64,000 nt of DNA, taken from Zancudomyces culisetae HAW-14-8 (lineage: Eukaryota > Fungi > Kickxellomycota). Every line of letters begins with the position of its first letter. The first letter of the stretch is position 1. The notes beneath the pieces are model-generated. The model was not told the DNA's origin. It made no database searches and saw only the letters and a program-made list of their open reading frames with translations. Below, piece after piece: positions 1-13,681 of this stretch. The translations under genes were made by a program, and so were the position numbers. The stretch covers positions 124,001-188,000 of the forward strand of contig JBNJNM010000011.1 in assembly GCA_052426225.1 (NCBI GenBank), written 5' to 3'.

Positions 1-2
1 AG

Positions 3-1202
3 CTGATTGATACTACCAATGTTAAAAACCATGCTGGAACTGAACTACTGGCCAAAATCTTGTATAACCAATTATTACCTGTACTTGGCCACTCTTTAAT
101 TGATAAGTCTATGATTGAGTATTTGATATGTACCAAATTTCTTTTATCAACTGATATACTCTCTCTATTCTTCTCTGTTAACTCTTCTTCTTCTTCATCA
201 TCATCTTCTTCTTCTTCATCTCATTCCAAAACTTGTAATTTGGATAGAAAACAACGAGTCGGAAGTATAAAAATGTTCGAGTATATAAATCCAATTTTGA
301 TCTTTCAAGTCTTTGTGGTGTATTCCACAAGGTTGTTTTCTATGGATAATCAGGAGTGTTACCAGTATTATTATCTGTCTTTTATCAATACATCAAGTCC
401 AAATATCAATACCAATACAAACACCAATACCAATACCAATACAAACACCAATACTCAAACAAATAACAATAATAACAATAATAACAATAATGGTGGTGGG
501 ATTTTTGACAAGCCATTTATTCAATATAAAACTGTAAATTCAAATGTCAATAACAGTGTTAATAATAATAATAGTGATGATGTTGGTAGTAGTAGTATTA
601 GTGGTAGTGGTAGTAGTAGTGGGATTCTTGAAAAGGATAAAATATATAATCAACACATCAAACAGGCAATTCAACAATACCTAACAACAATTAACCTTGA
701 CGATGATACTGCCAATACTTTTAACATTTACAATTACCAATATCATTACTATTTTGAATACAACATGTTGTTATCATTCATGTTTAAAATAGCCAATACT
801 AATGACAACAACAACAATAAGGGGATTTCAGACTTGTTGTACGAGTTTTTGAATACTTTATCAATTCATTTCAACAATGTTGTGTATTCTATTGGATCAC
901 TATTACATTTCGAATACAGTATTGATAAAGAAAGCGAATTTAATACTAATGGTGGAAATGCTCATTTTTATTCATTACTATATCAATCCAACAACAATTC
1001 CAACAATAATAGTAATACTAGTAATACTAGTAATAGTGGTGGTGGACTTGGAATCAGTTTGTCGTCATATTCTGATACTCCACCTCTTACTCCTCACCAC
1101 AGCAAATTCCAACCTCTTACACCAATTATAAATCCAACATTTAGTGCTATTAAACGAGAACGAGAGAATTTACTTTTATTTAATCATCTCATTTCAACAA
1201 CT

Positions 1203-1245
<43 letters not shown>

Positions 1246-1982
1246 GGGGAATCAATACAAATCGTAAATATTTATTACGGAATCTACTGACTAGTTGTCT
1301 AGAAACTTTTTTGTATATCCTATCAATCAATTCACCAAACTCTTATGATCTCAAATTGTCGGTTGATGAAAGGTATGTTGGGTTGTTTAAGAAACGATTG
1401 GATAAAATTATTGTATATCTCTTTGGTATTGTTTGTAGTGTGACGACCAATACAAAAAACGACAACAACAACAACAACAACAACAAAAGCAAGAATACTA
1501 CCAATACTAGTAGTAGTAGTGGTAGTAGTGGTAGTGGTAGTAATTGTGAAAGGCGTCATGTAGGATATTATGCCGATGCATTGATTTTTATTTGGGACTT
1601 TAGTAATCAGCAACAACGTCAATATGTAAATTCAATATTAAAGCATTACAATCCCAATGCTTTGGATCACAGTTATAATTATACGTATAATCATCAAATT
1701 GGTTTAGAACTGAATAATAATAGTAATGGTAATAATAATAATGGTGATGGTAATAATGGTGATGATGATAGTGAATATGATGATGACGAAGGTGGTGGTG
1801 GTGTTGGTAGTGGTATTGGTGGGTATAGAATCATTTCTGTTTTACCAAGTATTAAACGAATTTTGCCTTTTATTTCGCAAAATAATCGGTTTGTAACCAG
1901 TACATGTACAACTGGCAATAGTAGTAGTGGTGGTGGTGATGTTTATTATTATAATACATGGTTTTTCTTTTTATTAATTTAA
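3..1982 (+). CDS. 3' part of an unidentified protein (starts upstream of the window); helical blocks separated by poly-S/N/T/G tracts
   Basis: The frame is open from base 3 (LIDTTNVKNHAGTELLAKILYNQ...) to TAA at 1980-1982. The ORF-track start at 60 is a TTG, not a real start. No family recognised. Confidence 0.65.
1203..1245 (+). repeat. (ACA)n coding microsatellite (poly-Thr)
   Basis: Direct reading of acaacaaca...; one of many trinucleotide tracts in this CDS. Confidence 0.9.
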
Positions 1983-2440
1983 TTTAATATTTATGCTTTA
2001 GTACATTTTATTATTATTTAAATCAAATCGAAAAATTTAAATAAAATAAAATAATTTAATTTAATTTAATAAAATTCAGTTTGTGGATCAAAAATATAAA
2101 ACATATATGCAATATATATAAAAAAAAAGAAAAAAAAAATTTTTTTTATTCCGTATTATTATATTTGATTTAGTAACATACAAAAAAAAAAGGAAATAGT
2201 TCCTAAATAATTTTGGATTTGGTTAGGAAACAACAAAGAAAAAAAAAATTTTTTTTTCTTCTATTTCCATACAAAATACTCGAATAAAAAAAAAATTTGT
2301 TATAATATAGAATTTATTTGCTATACAAAAATTTTTTTTTTTTTTTTTACATGTTAAAAAGTAAAGTAATAAAGTAAAAAGTGGAAAACAGTAATCGAGA
2401 GAAAAAAAAAAAAACAATCAACATTTATAATTGAAATACA

Positions 2441-3947
2441 ATGTCAAAGCAACATATAATAGAACCACAAGACAAAGTGCCAAAACTAGATACTAGTGAC
2501 TGGCCATATCTATTAAAGGTAAGTTTTATTCTCGATCAACGTCTTTTGCGAGTACAAGCATTTGAAATCCAAATTTATAACTTTGACTAAATAAATAAGT
2601 AAATCAATAAATGTATGGCGTAAATTATAGAATTACGAAAAGCTAAATGTACGAACTGGACATTATACACCTATTCCAGTGGGTTCGACACCACTGAAGC
2701 GCGATTTGGCAACGTATATCAAGTACGGAGTAATAAATCTGGACAAGCCAGCCAACCCTTCGTCACACGAGGTGGTAGCATGGATCAAGAGGATTTTGAG
2801 AGTTGAAAAGACTGGACATTCAGGGACCTTGGATCCCAAAGTAACAGGGTGTCTGATCGTCTGTGTGGACCGGGCAACACGATTGGTCAAGTCGCAGCAG
2901 GGAGCTGGTAAGGAGTACGTTTGTGTGTTGAGATTACACGATGCGTTGGAAGGCGATGCAACAGTGCGAGTTGGGCGTGCATTGGAGACATTGACGGGAG
3001 CACTGTTCCAACGGCCACCACTTATTTCAGCGGTCAAGAGACAATTGCGTGTGAGGACAATCTACGAGTCACGACTTCTTGAGGCCGGAAATGGAAACAA
3101 CAAACATCCATTGGCAGTGTTTCGCGTAAGCTGTGAAGCCGGTACGTATATTCGTACCTTGTGTGTGCACTTGGGTCTTATTTTGGGTGTCGGTGGCCAC
3201 ATGCAAGAACTGAGACGTGTACGATCTGGTGCGCTTTCTGAAACCGACAACTTGGTCACTCTGCACGATATCTTGGACGCCCAGTGGCTATACGACCACA
3301 CCAAGGACGAATCTTACCTGCGCCGTGTTGTCCGCCCTCTCGAATGGCTGCTCACCAACTACAAACGTGTCGTTGTCAAGGACTCCACCATCAACGCTAT
3401 CTGCTACGGTGCCAAACTTATGTTGCCTGGAATTCTGCGCTTTGAGTCCGGCATTGAGGTAGGTGACGAAATTGTTTTGATGACTACTAAAGGTGAAGCC
3501 ATTGCCCTTGCCATTGCCCAAATGTCTACTTCTACCATCGCCACCTGCGACCACGGTGTTGTTGCCAAAATCAAGCGTGTCATTATGGAACGTGACACCT
3601 ATCCCAGAAAATGGGGTCTTGGTCCAAAGGCCTCTGAAAAGAAAAAACTTATTAAAGCCGGAAAACTCGACAAGTATGGTCGCAAAAACGATAATACTCC
3701 TGCCTCTTGGGCCAAATCTTATACTGATTACAATGACCCCAATTCTTCTTCTACTGATCTTAAAGTTGTCCAATCCACTCCTACTCCTACTCCTACTTCT
3801 GCTCCTACCACCACTCCTACTCCTGCTCCTGCCCCTACTTCTGATGATAAATCTAAAAAAGACGATAAAAAAGATAAAAAGGAAAAGAAGGACAAAAAGG
3901 AAAAAAAAGATCGTGAATCAAAAAAGTCTAAAAAATCAAAAGACTAA
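2441..3947 (+). CDS. CBF5: H/ACA snoRNP pseudouridine synthase Cbf5/dyskerin; exons 2441-2518, 2631-3947
   Basis: Exon 1 [26 protein letters not shown], intron GTAAGT...TATAG, then [16 protein letters not shown]. Motifs [15 protein letters not shown] and [13 protein letters not shown] (catalytic Asp), PUA domain, KKD/E-rich tail. Confidence 0.97.
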
Positions 3948-5388
3948 CCCAATTTTCCTCTCTTCCTAATTCTCCACCTTTTTTTTTTCTTCTCTCTTTT
4001 TGGTTAGTCTGCTAATTTTATTGGCTCTGTTTATTTATACACTATTATTTCTTTTATTCTAATATTTAGTTTATTTGTTTATCTGTTTATTATTTTACTA
4101 GTATTTAATTATACCACAAAAAAAAAATCCTAATAAACTAAAACTTTATATTTCTTGTAAACATCATCTTGTTTCCCCTTTTCTTTTTCTTTTACTTTTT
4201 CAAGCTTATTAATTTAGTTTTATAAACGATTCGAAGCGGCTTTAAAACAAAACACATACATATATATAAGGTAAGGTACGTTTATCATTTTCTTTTCTAT
4301 TACAATTAAATTGACTTTTTAAAAACTGGAATGAAGAAAAAAAAGAAAAGAAAAGAAAAGAAAAGAAAAACAAATAATGATGAGCAAAAGAATCTAGTAA
4401 AAGGTTTGATCTGTGTCTTTTGTGTGGTTGTAAATGTTACTTTTATATGTTTATCCCCCCCCCCCCTACAATTCTTAAAAACCCTCTCTTACCCCCCCCC
4501 TCCCCCACTTTCCACTTTTTTTTTTTTTACAAACTCGTTGTATTATACACTTTTAACCTAAAATCTTGTTTAAACATTGAAGCAAAGAAAAGTAAAAGGA
4601 AAAGGAAAAGATTAGATGTATATAATATATGAATATATTATATATACATATCTTTATAAAACTACTAAAAACATTTATGGCTATATCATATCTCTATCAA
4701 ATCAATTACTTTTATTACTTGCTTGTTTAAAATCTTTTTTAAAGGATACTCCGTTAACTAAAAAAAAAAAAAGTTTCATTACTCGAGTATTAAAGGCACA
4801 AGCATACATTTTTTTTTATCTCTAACACTTTATTATACAGAACGAGTTTGTGTATTGAGTGAATTGAAATATCTTTTTCTTTTTCTTTTCCTCTTTCACA
4901 GTTATTACTTGCCATAAATGTCACTTTTATTTTATTTTTTTTGCCTCCAAGAGTTTGAAGTGGGTTTACTCTATCTACCTTGCTTTTTCCTAAATCAAAT
5001 GAGTGTGGATGTGAGTGTCAGTGTATATCTACATATGTTTGTGTATGTGGGTTTGTGGGTTTGTGGGTTTGTGGTTTTTTGATAAGATTACTGTAGCTGT
5101 GGATGGAATAAAACATACCACTGTTCATTTTACAACCTACAAGCTAGTTCATGATAAAATATATTGGCTACTGACTTTTTTTTTTCTTTTTTCCTTTCTT
5201 TCTTTCTTTAAATATCCTGTCTTCATGTACTTGCATGTCTATTAATCTCAGTATAATATCAATTAATCCTTCTAATCACTTTTATGAAACTTTTTTTCTT
5301 TTTATATTTTGGTATAGATATAAAGCAATAGGAAGGAAAAAATAATAGATAATCGAGAATAATGAGATAATCCGACAGAGGAAAAAAA

Positions 5389-7633
5389 ATGGACGTACAT
5401 TTGGATCCATCTTGTCATCAACATTCACGGCTTGGTGACAAATGCCGAAATCTTTTATACGCGCTCGGTATTAAAGCATATTTTAGATCTATACATCATC
5501 CATCAAAAACTATAAAACCTAAGAACAGCACAACCAATAACAATAATAGCAATAATAGCGATGCTGGTATTGAAAAGTTTGATAAACACGATGAGCAGAT
5601 TTTGACGTTATCCATAAATCAAGTGTTTTCGACCACAAGCATCCATCCACCATCAAAGTCATCTATATCTTCATCTATACCTTCATCTACGAAAACCACA
5701 CCAAACAACTCGAGTACGTTGGCCTACTATAACAATCCAAATGTAGTGATAGAAACAATTTTAAAGTTTTTATTTGATACTCTTGATAAAACAAAGAGCG
5801 ATGATGTGTTTAAATATTGTTTTCCTACTCGCCATTCAACTACAAGTATGAACTCAAATTCAAATTCACACTCACACTCACATTCTGGTAGAACATTCAA
5901 AACCGTCTGTTATAAATGGATTGTTGAACTCAAGTCCCAAATCATCAATACCATTACCCCAATCCTTTTCTCCACACTCTCGCCCGTCCAAACTAAAAAC
6001 TCTACTGTTTACTTGTCTACTTTGTTTTCTAGGAAGTCTTTATTCGATAATTATTCCCTTCCAAAATTCAAGCTCGTCTTTTATTACTTGATCATTTACA
6101 CCTCTCATATCTATTCCAAGCGACATTTTGACTCCATCAATACGAATACTGGAATTAAACGCAAATCTCATGTCCTCAATACTCCGAAAAGTCGCATTAC
6201 TAATCCACTGAATCAACATCATTTAACTACTGAAACCGAGATAAATAATATTGAACTCGATAACCTGCCCTTATTAAAGAAACTGTATTCTCAAAAGCTA
6301 GCAGATAAAAAGCGTGCATTATCTACATACCATAACCACTCGACATTACTGAAACGTAAAATTGATAATCTCCAGACCAAAATGGTAAAACACTGTTCTT
6401 TTTATTTTTATTTTTATTTTTACTTGTTCTTATTTTTATTTTTACTTGTTCCTTGATTTCTTTGCTGGTTTTCCACTAAACTACAATTCGTTTTGTTTTT
6501 TTATATAGGAAGAGGTAAACCAAGAAATAGCGCATTTGAACTCGACCCTTCCAGCAGAACTATACTTGCATTCCAAATACAAGCATAAACCCCAACCCCA
6601 ACCCCAACCCCAACCCAGATTCCTTATTCATAATACCTCAGAACAACAATTTTACGAGCAAGGTTCGTATAAAACAACCATGAAAAAACTAAATACAGGC
6701 TCAAGTGTACCTAAACACCACACCCATGGCCATATTAGCACTGTACACCCATCACATGTATCACATCCATCACATGTATCACACGTATCAAACCCGTCAT
6801 CAAGTCTGTCACTGCCCACATCGTCAGTGTTATTATCCAAGCGCAACCAACTAATTTCAGAAATCAATTCGCTTCTCCTACCATGTCTTGCATTTATCGA
6901 GTCCCAATCATCCAATATTTCACTAGTATCCAGACATTTATCCTTTGCAGATAATGACTCGGCTGATCCAGGTATTCTGGATGAATTAACATCTAACGGT
7001 TTGTTTGGAGATTGTGAATCTATTCTTGAACGAGCAGAATTTGCTGGGTTTAAAAAGCACTTGGACAAATTACCCAATTGTGATAACCAACCATTTTGTT
7101 TGTTTACTAATGAGAGTGTTAGTGTTAGTGTTAGCAATCACCAAGAAAATAACCAAAATAATAGCAAGGACAAGGACAAGGACAAGAACAAGACTATAAT
7201 TGATGACAATTCCTCCCACCACCCAAGTTTAAATCTTTGCAACTTGTTAAAACTTGTAAATTACCTATTAAACGAGCAAATCTCGACATCATATTCAACG
7301 ACCGGTTTTGCTCGTTCCCAAGCACATACCAAAAAGCCCAGCAAAGACTACAATACCTGTATAATAGAACCTTCTAAGCTAGATGAAAAGGGTAAACAAA
7401 ATGAAATGCAAATGGAAATCAAAATGGAAACGAAACTGGAACTGGGTGTTGAGGATGAAGAGCGGGAGAAACGGGTAAATGAGAGAATCAAAAATCTCCA
7501 GTCAATTATTAATTATTTCAGGATTTCTCTTTCCTCTTTTGGCATCACTCCACCTTCACCTCCACCTCCACCCCCACCTTCATCCTCTCTACTCTCAACT
7601 CGCCCTTCCAAAATACCTCACATAAAAAAATGA
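5389..7633 (+). CDS. Augmin/HAUS complex subunit 6-like protein (HAUS6 N-terminal domain); exons 5389-6384, 6509-7633
   Basis: ILKFLFDTLDKTKSDDVFKYCFP, FKTVCYKWIVEL and SLFDNYSLPKFKLVFYYL match the order and residues of HAUS6 N-terminal motifs (FLF..LD....EVFKFCWP, F...C..WI, SLF....GPKF). Intron GTAAAA...TATAG joins the two ORFs in frame. Confidence 0.72.
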
Positions 7634-8498
7634 ACAATTGTGATCAAGTGAGGAATATATCTTTTAATATTCTCCCACCAAAAGATAAAGAAATATCAAA
7701 AAAAAAAAGATAAAAAGATAAAAGTTAAAAATAGAAAAACTAGAATTAATATCCCGCATTCATAGATTCTTTTTATTATATATTCATAATTAATTGTAAA
7801 TATTATTGATATCAACAGACTGAATTGGGCTAATTGAGCCATTACTTTTAATATTTGGGAGTAATGGAGGATAGGTAGGTCCATCAATGTAATAAATAAA
7901 CTAAACAAAAAAAAGGAAAACGAAAACGAAAACGAAAACAGGTGGGTGAGGTTTTTTTCTTTCAGCTCCTGGCACTACGAATCTATTTTACCCAACCACT
8001 TATTTTTTTCCAAACTAGTATTCAATATTAAAGTACATTTAGAATAACACAGTTTTCATGTATTGTTCATGCTTGGTATATTGGTATATATAAAAAAAGT
8101 AGAAATAAAACTTTATAATAGCCCCTTCTCCTCTTTATATCACCTATACTCTCTGGCTTTATCCCAATTTTAATAATAATAATTGACTAGTAAATAAAGT
8201 AATGAAACTTTGGCGCAATATAGCTCGCAAACTCAAAAAAGCACAGCCACAGCCACAACCACAACCACAACCACAACCACAGACTAAGGCTCAGACGCAG
8301 ACTCAGACGCATACACAGAAACAGCACAGACAGAAAAAAAACGCACAGATCCAAACATTTCCTGCTCAAACACCACGTCTCACAGTAATCACCCCTCCAC
8401 TTCCAATACCTCCAGTCATTTCAGTACCCTTGCCAACATTCGCATTCCCACTCTCATTCCCATTCCCATTCCTATTCACATTCCCATTATCACTACAG

Positions 8499-8726
8499 AT
8501 GTTATTTCTACTATTATCAGTTATCTTGGTACTGGGACCATCATCACCGATACTCCAAGTTAACGCACTCTGTCCGTGTCAACCGTATTCATGCGTGGGT
8601 ACCAATAGCGTAGCCAAGTGTACGAGTGGCGGCCAAAAATGGATTACTAGTGCGTGTGCTGATGATACACATACATGCGTAACACTTAATGATCATGTTG
8701 TACGATGCGTAGAAGATTTCTATTGA
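8499..8726 (+). CDS. Small secreted Cys-rich protein, CBM19/chitin-binding-like (75 aa; an upstream in-frame ATG at 8202 is possible)
   Basis: MLFLLLSVILVLGPSS... hydrophobic leader followed by a 7-Cys domain (CPC...SC...AKCTSGGQKWITSAC...TC...VRC), resembling the C..G.W...C....TC spacing of fungal CBM19 modules. Confidence 0.6.
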   Translation: MLFLLLSVILVLGPSSPILQVNALCPCQPYSCVGTNSVAKCTSGGQKWITSACADDTHTCVTLNDHVVRCVEDFY

Positions 8727-9180
8727 TTTTTTTTTTTTTTTACTTTGCTTTTTTTTTTGTTCTTTATCTTTAACAAGTGTGTGTAGGTGAGAAGTGTGGC
8801 AATGATATGCTTGAGCACCGATATATGTGTCAATACAAGAATACTGCTACAGTTAAATAACTGGATTACAGATACATGTATCACCCTTTTTCCTTTAATT
8901 AACAATGTATTGTTTTTATTTCAAATAAATGCGTTTATATATTTCCTAATATTGATGTGAAAGTTGGTCTAATTCAACCTTATTCAATATCATTGGAAAA
9001 TACAAATAAAATTAAAATATAATTACAAATAAGTGAAAAATAAACACCAATCTGCTCAATGTAATCGAAATATTCTGGATATTGTAGAGTAAAAAATAAA
9101 CCAAACAAACTATTAAAAAACAGAGCTATTAACATCGTGAAAATACATTTATAAAAAGAAAAAGAAAAAGAAATAGTAAA

Positions 9181-9766
9181 ATGAACAGACCACTATCAGA
9201 TATAGTTCGCGAGCATGCAAACAAGCAGGTCGGCCGGCGAAAAGATATAGGCAAGTTATACTACCTTATTGGGGGTTCCCAAAACTGCTCTAGCTTTTAT
9301 ATATTGTTTAAAGAGTAATTGAATGTTATTAAATAAAACAAAAACTTAAAACTAAAATATAAAAAAATAAATAGAAATCTTGAAAAATGAGGCACAAAAG
9401 GCAATCTCAAAACTAGTTACAGAGCGTACTGAGGAAACTAACAAAGAGTAATAACATACAATTCATATTTACACCTTTGTCCCAAAATATACATTAAAAT
9501 AAAATAAACTAAATAAATAAAATAATAAAATAATAAAAAACAGTATAGAGGAACTGATTGAGAACCAAAAGGTTATTGACCAGCTTTCACAAGAATGTTT
9601 GGATATTTCCAAGCGATTAGAAGAAAAGACAAAGCTGTGGATAAAACTCACGGATAAGTATGCTACGAGTTTTAAGGAAATTGGCGATTTTCAAAACTGG
9701 GCCTCTGTTGTAGATCAGGATTTAAAAGAGGTAGTGGATATTATTCAAGAGGTAGTTGGAAAATAA
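9181..9766 (+). CDS. BLOC1S1: BLOC-1 subunit 1 (BLOS1/GCN5L1 family), 121 aa; exons 9181-9250, 9375-9447, 9544-9766
   Basis: Not in the ORF track. Spliced product MNRPLSDIVREHANKQVGRRKDIEILKNEAQKAISKLVTERTEETNKDIEELIENQKVID...FKEIGDFQNWASVVDQDL...; KEIGD..NWA is the family signature. Exons sum to 366 nt. Intron 1 is GC-AG. Confidence 0.88.
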
Positions 9767-9981
9767 CGAGCATTTGATAAAGTGTGAAAACCCAATATCT
9801 TTTTTGTTTTCTACACTTCCTCTTTTTGTAGATAATTGAACACCGTTTGTCTTGTAGAAGATGCTGGTGGTTTTACTTTTGAAATAATGTATTGTAGTAT
9901 TAAGTAATAAAACAAAAGCTAAATAGAATATAGGAATATAAAACATAGAAATAAATGTTTTTCCAATTAACACGAGTTGGT

Positions 9982-12900
9982 TCAGGCCATAGTGGCTCGT
10001 TGTTCAGTTGGTATCTTGGCGCTTGAAGAGCCCTTCGATGTGAACTCACGGTATATCTTTTCAAATCGTTTGCGCTCGGATTCCAAGAGTGAAGAAGAGA
10101 GTGAAGATAATGCATTGTGGATATTCGACGCGGATATGGAAATACTAGGAACTGATCCACCACCACTATCATTAGTACTATCACCTGTGCTCTCTGCAGC
10201 ACCAGAAGTCGGTGATTTCGACAAAGACAAATGACTGAGTATGTCGTTTATATCTGTGTTTTCTGCATTACCAAACAAGACTATGTGGTTTGGAACCTCG
10301 GTGGTAGAAGGTTTATCGCTAGCATTCTTTACTGGTATAGTGGAATTGGAATCAGGTAGTGAGGATGAAGAAGAGGGAGACTGGTGAATTGCGTCTAGAT
10401 AGGCATTGTACAAAAGGGCTTGAAGATCAGCACCGGTAAATCCACCAGTAAGCTCAGCAAAGGGCATCAACTCTGAATCCGACGCGGACAACGAAGGATC
10501 AAGCACAAACTTTTGGGCGTGACAATTCAAAATGTCAAGCCGTTCAGAAGTGGTTGGCATCCCGCAGAGTAGAGACTTGTCAAGTCGTCCAGGTCTTAGT
10601 AGAGCAGGATCAATTAAATCGGGCCTACTGGTAGCTGCCAAGACATAAACTCCCTCCAGTCCCTCAGCACCATCCATTTCAGTCAAAAACTGGTTGACCA
10701 CACGATCAGTAACACCTGTGTTGTCATGCCCGCGGCGTGGAGCAATCGATTCAAACTCGTCAAAAAACAAGACGCACGGCTTGGCAGCACGTGCGCGGGT
10801 AAACATATCACGCACTGACTGTTCGCTCTGGCCAATGTATTTATTAAGCAACTCTGGGCCTTTTACCGAAATAAAGTTCAGGCCGCACTCGCTGGCAACT
10901 GCAGACGCAAGTAGCGTCTTGCCACAGCCCGGATAACCGTACAATAAAATACCGGATCTCAACCGCAGGGATTGGTTGCTGGCAAACAGCGTGCGATATT
11001 TGGTAGGTAATTCCAGGGTTTCCTTGAGCGTCTGCTTTGTAGAGTGCAGACCGCCAACCTCAGTCCACTTTACTGACGATTTATGAAGTTTTACACCGAT
11101 AAGCTGAGAAGGAGTAAAGCCTTTTAGAGCATTAACAAAATCGGCGTGGTTGACTGTAGTTTCCGATTGTTCAGAAAAATTGGTTTTGTAATCATCGTCT
11201 AAACTGCGGATCACTGCCTCATGGGTTGCGCGTTCATACAATGAGACCAAGTCTGCTGGTGAGTAGCCATCAGTTGAGTAAGCAATTTCAGCATAATCAA
11301 TTGAGCCGGGTTTGTTATCACTATCGTTATTAGTATGACCGTTGCTGGAGACGATTTCTTGCAATACAAGTTCACGTTCTATTTTACCCAAAAGGGGAAT
11401 TTCATGAACAGTACTGATCACACTGTGTGTAAATAACTTTTGATCTACATGATTTCTTGATACACCCGTCATTACAATTACTCCGCCTTTACCACCACCA
11501 CTACTGTTGCAGCTCCCATTCCCATTCCCATTACCCTTAACACTACCACCTTGACCACTTTCCGAAATCAATTGTTTGAATTGTCCTATAATTGAAGCTG
11601 TGTTTCCGCCTCCGCTATCACCACCACCACCATTCGTATTATTGACAGGCATCAAATAATCTACATCATCCAACACCAATAAAAACGGCGCATTCAATAC
11701 ACACTCATCTATGATTCTTTGAATTTCCCTTTCAACACTCCCACTACCCTTTCCCTGGCCTCTTTTTTTGTTTTCGGTCAGGGCTGTTTTCAATTCTACA
11801 CACGAAACATACCGGCAATACGTTAGCACCGAGAATTTGTTGGAGTTGATGCTGCTATCCATAATATACTTTACTACTGATGTCTTCCCACTCCCTTTAC
11901 CTCCTGAAACCAAAAACCCTTGAATTTTAGTTGAGGCCTCACAGCTTGAATATAACGAATCCTCTATTGAATCAATTGTTTTGGACAAAAATTCGTCAAT
12001 TCCGACCAGTCGCCCATTTCTTACCCCATTTATGCCATTATCATTAATGTTGCTATCAAAGCTGGATGAGTTTTTATTTTTTGATGTTACAATCCGTATT
12101 CCAATACCCCTTAAACTATCCTTGTTTACTAGGAGTGGTCCTCCTATCGCATCTATGTGTTCGCTTTGATCGTTCCCTACCACTTGAACATTGCCATCAA
12201 CGCTATATTCCCCATCCACCTGATCTTTATCTGTACTTTTTTCTTTTATGGAAACTATATTTAATACTTTTTCATCGCTAATTGCAAACCGTGTACCAGA
12301 TTCCAAAAGAATCGCTTCATCAGTTTGCTGGAGTTTACGTTCCAGATAGTCGTATATATGCTTTTCTTTCTCCTCTCTTTCTTTGGTATCAATATCAGAT
12401 AAGTTCTGTTTGGAGCCTCTACTTACTAAGGATAATTGGATCTCGTATCCAAAGCCCCCAGATGTGGCCTTTTCTTGTTCGATATTTATCACTTTGTCCC
12501 TGATCTGCTCAACCCAAACCAACTGACCTTGGGCTATCCCATTACTCGAGGCCACCCTTCTATCTATTAGCAAGATCCCGGGCTGCACTTTAGGTGTTCC
12601 CTTGACCATCAACCCCAGCTTTTTTATTTCCCTTGTCTCTCGCTGTCCATCCCCACTACTCGCACCATTATTATCACCATTATTGCTTTCTGGTTCATAC
12701 CCTGTTGCCGCCGGCCTGATATGAATAGGACAGCTTTTATTTACATCTCGTTTTCCCCACAAATCATCAACCACTGGGTCAATTTTTTCATAGTCTCGAA
12801 CATTGATTAACCCAGAATACTCTTCAATTTCGCCATCCTGATTACTCACATTATCATATGCAACTTTGAGTGCAAGCAATTTTTTGGTATTCTTTTTAAT

Positions 12901-13681
12901 GTTATGGCCACCATTAGCACCGCCGGATCCGCTTTTGTTGATTTCTTCAAGTTTATCCAGCAACTCCTGTGCTCTCCTGGTCTTGGGAGCCACAATCATT
13001 TCCGTGTCGTTATCCAAAACTACCACCTCTTCGGTTTCTGGATCGATTTTTTGTGCAATCAATCCAATCGACACTGACGATGACCCGCTTACCCAGAACT
13101 GTATTGGCTGATTTGGTGCTACCACGCGAACCTGGCTGAGCAGTTGCGTTTCTACAGTCTCAGCATTCAACTCGATTATTTCCCAGTCCTCCACCTTTAT
13201 TGGTGTCATTTCTACAGTTTTGCATTTTTTCACCTGTTTGATGTATTCAATCTCGACTACTTGCTGGTCTGTCAGACCTAGAACTGCCCCATATTGCGAA
13301 TCTATTTCTATGCAATCATTAACACCGCTTTTTCCGCCGTGTGTGGTATTCCCGTTCACTGGTTTGGATGCAACCCCTCCTGCCCAACTCAGAAATATAA
13401 CCTCGTTGCTGTCTGTTTTGATTTTAAACACCACACAGCTCTACAATCAATACAGTATGAGTACATATATAAGTATATATATATATATATACCTTCTAAA
13501 TTCCATCTTATTCAGCAATATACAAACTTTTTAACCAATATACAGGTAATAAATACAAATGACCATTTAAATTCAGCTTTACCTTGTACCCATGTTGTTT
13601 CTCAAAGGCGTTTGCCCAGCCCAAGGGCACATTGATATTGCATGTTTTAAGCGAACAAAGTCTAATCGATACTTTATTCAT
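9982..13681 (-). CDS. PEX1: Peroxisome biogenesis AAA ATPase Pex1; exons 13681-13583, 13440-9982
   Basis: Exon 1 MNKVSIRLCSLKTCNINVP... joined through a GTAAAG...TGTAG intron. PEX1 N-domain motif EDWEIIELNA, degenerate D1 (GKGSGKT), canonical D2 (GYPGCGKT, FFDEFESIAPRRGHDNTGVTDRVVNQ), C-terminal QRATMA. Confidence 0.95.

Noticed and set aside
2663-3969. Overlapping alternative-frame and antisense ORFs within CBF5
   Set aside because: Explained by the codon bias of the conserved CBF5 frame; no independent motifs.
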